A stretch of DNA of 64,000 bases, from positions 2,787 to 66,786 of the forward strand of contig JAQICX010000242.1 of NCBI GenBank assembly GCA_027858345.1, read 5' to 3'. The position numbers and the translations under genes are program-made. Below, in pieces: positions 61,646 through 64,000 of this stretch. The notes under the pieces were generated by a model. That model did no database searches. It had not been told where the DNA came from and saw only the letters and a list, made by a program, of their open reading frames with translations. The DNA comes from Kiritimatiellia bacterium (GTDB taxonomy: Bacteria > Verrucomicrobiota > Kiritimatiellia > JAQICX01). Within the stretch, counting starts at the first letter, position 1. The number at the start of each line of letters is the position of its first letter.

Positions 61646-63331
61646 TTAGACTAGTCTCAGTACTTCCTGGGTTGTTGTGTTGTGTTTGAGTACTTCCAGC
61701 CAGGCACTGTCTTCAAGTGAATTTTGTCCAGCGGCCTTCATATAGTCTCTGATGGTTTGCTCAGGTAGTACGCCTGATATCATTTTTGAAACTAATTTTT
61801 CTACTTTTAGAATTTCAAAGATTGGTTTTCTACCTTTGTAGCCGGTGAATTTACACGCTGGGCAACCAACTGCATTTAGAATTGTCAAATCTTCTTTTGG
61901 GTCATAATCCTGATTTTCAATTTTACTCATAAGTTCAGGAGGAAATGGTATTTCCGTTGCACATGCTTGACAAACTTTTCTGATTAATCGCTGTGCGACA
62001 ACGGCTCTTAGTGAACCAGCAATGAGAAATGGTTCAATGCCCATGTCAACAAGGCGTGATACTGCTGAAATTGAGTCGTTTGTATGAAGCGTACTGAACA
62101 CTTGGTGTCCTGTCATTGAAGCACTAATTGCAATCCTAGCCGTTTCTATATCGCGAATTTCACCAACTAAAATGACGTCTGGGTCATGTCTTAGAATTGA
62201 TCTTAGTCCTTCTGCAAATGAGAATCCTATTGATTCATTTACCTGCATTTGTGTTATGCCATCAATTTTATATTCAATCGGATCTTCTATGGTAATGATT
62301 TTTGTGTCATCGGACTTCTTATAGTCTAGAGCTGCATAGAGACTTGTTGTTTTACCTGAACCGGTAGGACCGGTGAATAGTGTGATTCCAGTGGATGCAT
62401 TTAGAATACCTTCCAGTTTTCCACGTGCATCTTTTGAAACTTCCAGATCTTTAAGGTTCATGAATGATGATTGGGAGTTGAGCAATCTCAGGTTTATTGT
62501 CTCACCAAAGTTTGATGGCAGCACTGAAACTCGAATATCGATTGGAGAACCTTCAAAATCAATTGAAAAACGTCCATCTTGTGGTACTCTTTTTTCGGCA
62601 ATGTTTAACTGAGCCATCACTTTAATTGAAGAAATTATTGATTTCGTGTATGAGTCTGAACCTGTTGGGGTAGGTATGGTATGAAGTATTCCATCGATTC
62701 TATAGCGAAGTCGCATAGAATTTTTTGTTGGTTCAATATGCACGTCTGATGCATTACTATATATTGCATCTGAGATTATTGAGTCAACAAATTTGGTTAC
62801 ATATGTCTGGCTCTCAGTGCTGACTGCTTTATTGATTGAAAAGCTTTTGAATGCCACTCCAAAGTAATGTTTAATGCACTCTCTTAGTTCTTCTGTTGAG
62901 CAAAGGTACCAAGCCGTCTTTTTGTTTAGGAGAACATCTAGTTCTTCCAGATTCCCTTGTGATAAAATTCTGTCTGAAGCAAATATAACCATATTATCAT
63001 TGATTTGCACTGGCATTATGTCAAAATGAGCGACGATTGAGGTGTCAAAGGTTTTGAGTTGTTCTTTATCAATTTGTATTCTGCTTAGGGATATAATTGG
63101 AATACCTGTGATTTCTGAAACATGGTTAAGTAGTTTTTCGTTTGGATAGGCTGCATTTTCTTCAAGTATTGAAAATACATTTTCATCCAGCCACGTTACC
63201 TTGTGCTCAATTGTTTCAATATGGCTGGGTTGAAATAGTTGTTCTTTTTTTATTCTCTTCAGTAGAGCATCATTAAGACTCTCTCTGCCTGCCATTGGTC
63301 TTGGTGAATATCTTTTTGTTGAATCACTCAT
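61646..63331 (-). CDS. GspE/PilB-family secretion/pilus assembly ATPase
   Basis: ASDVHIEP, PQDGR, GPTGSGKTT, TIEDPIEY, LRHDPDVILVGEIRD, TLHTND, Zn-binding CxxC pairs. Confidence 0.93.
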   Translation of the reverse strand: MSDSTKRYSPRPMAGRESLNDALLKRIKKEQLFQPSHIETIEHKVTWLDENVFSILEENAAYPNEKLLNHVSEITGIPIISLSRIQIDKEQLKTFDTSIVAHFDIMPVQINDNMVIFASDRILSQGNLEELDVLLNKKTAWYLCSTEELRECIKHYFGVAFKSFSINKAVSTESQTYVTKFVDSIISDAIYSNASDVHIEPTKNSMRLRYRIDGILHTIPTPTGSDSYTKSIISSIKVMAQLNIAEKRVPQDGRFSIDFEGSPIDIRVSVLPSNFGETINLRLLNSQSSFMNLKDLEVSKDARGKLEGILNASTGITLFTGPTGSGKTTSLYAALDYKKSDDTKIITIEDPIEYKIDGITQMQVNESIGFSFAEGLRSILRHDPDVILVGEIRDIETARIAISASMTGHQVFSTLHTNDSISAVSRLVDMGIEPFLIAGSLRAVVAQRLIRKVCQACATEIPFPPELMSKIENQDYDPKEDLTILNAVGCPACKFTGYKGRKPIFEILKVEKLVSKMISGVLPEQTIRDYMKAAGQNSLEDSAWLEVLKHNTTTQEVLRLV

Positions 63332-64000
63332 TATGTTTCCAATAAAATAATGTTTCCACGTTTGATGACATATATCTTGTCATCTTTAATTAATTCAAGT
63401 TTTTCCTTATCAAAAGAATTTACTTTGTATGTCTCGATTGTTTCATCCTTAGTGATATAATGAATTTTTTTGTTTTCGAGAACTTCAATTAAGATTAGTT
63501 CCTGTCCATTTACAAGAGTGTGTCCAATATATCTAAATTGTTTATTCTGTTTGGGTTTAGGGTTGGTTTTTGGCTGTTCTGCAACATTATTATTTGGTTG
63601 GTTCTGGGCTTGCAGTTTCTTTTCTTCTTCAGCTTTGAGTCTTGCAGCCTCTTTTTCTTGAGCAAGACGTTCTTCCTTAGCTTTTCGTTTCCGTTCTTCT
63701 TCCAGTCTTTTTGCATCTGCAATTTTTTTTGCTTCAGCTTCCGCTTCCAAGCGTTTTTTTTCTTCGATTGCTTTTTCTCTTAGCCATGATGATAGAAATG
63801 GATTTGGAATGTTACTATCGATTTCAACAGGAGTTAGGTTGAATAAAGGTTCATGAATGTTTTCAGTTTTGTTTGAAGGGACGACTTGTATTATGCTGAC
63901 ACTTATATTGTTTTTTTGTTCTTCTACAGATTCAAAGGTTGTATATGTAAAATATAGGCATAGCACCAGTATTAGTAGAATAATATATTTGTTTGACAGA
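63331..64000 (-). CDS. Hypothetical membrane-anchored coiled-coil protein of the T2SS/T4P cluster (5' end runs off window)
   Basis: Frame is open to the window edge (LSNKYIILLILVLCLYF...), Glu/Lys/Ala coiled coil, stop overlaps ATPase start. Confidence 0.6.
   Translation of the reverse strand, partial: LSNKYIILLILVLCLYFTYTTFESVEEQKNNISVSIIQVVPSNKTENIHEPLFNLTPVEIDSNIPNPFLSSWLREKAIEEKKRLEAEAEAKKIADAKRLEEERKRKAKEERLAQEKEAARLKAEEEKKLQAQNQPNNNVAEQPKTNPKPKQNKQFRYIGHTLVNGQELILIEVLENKKIHYITKDETIETYKVNSFDKEKLELIKDDKIYVIKRGNIILLET

Overview
AT-rich bacterial chromosome segment, most likely from a PVC-superphylum organism (Kiritimatiellae/Verrucomicrobia-like, inferred from RpoB signature segments and the lamin-tail/CotH and PQQ-propeller protein types). 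Core content is the tRNA-Thr-tuf-rpmG-tRNA-Trp-secE-nusG-rplKAJL-rpoBC operon (32.4-45.5 kb). Other housekeeping genes are lpxA, a stand-alone PurH IMP-cyclohydrolase half, recQ, TRAP dctQM, NfnAB/SudAB, pdxS/pdxT and a GspE/PilB ATPase. Accessory content is a VTC polyphosphate-polymerase/DUF4956/membrane-fusion/TolC operon next to a 2122-aa GC-rich lamin-tail/CotH kinase gene, plus a GC-rich patchwork at 49.5-54 kb (cupin, DUF1566 pseudogene, PRC-barrel fragment, GH36). Many intergenic gaps hold a repeat system: about ten shells bounded by the terminal inverted repeat CCTT(A/G)ATTTTTCGGTTG, loaded with interchangeable, nested and sometimes inverted REP-like hairpins. There are also orphan integron attC-like sites in front of the GC-rich genes, a 2-kb unit bounded by 40-bp inverted repeats, an IS3 relic, and 6-8-bp tandem repeats hugging stop codons. 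No CRISPR array, rRNA, integrase or intact transposase was seen. All family calls come from motif recognition by eye, not database searches.
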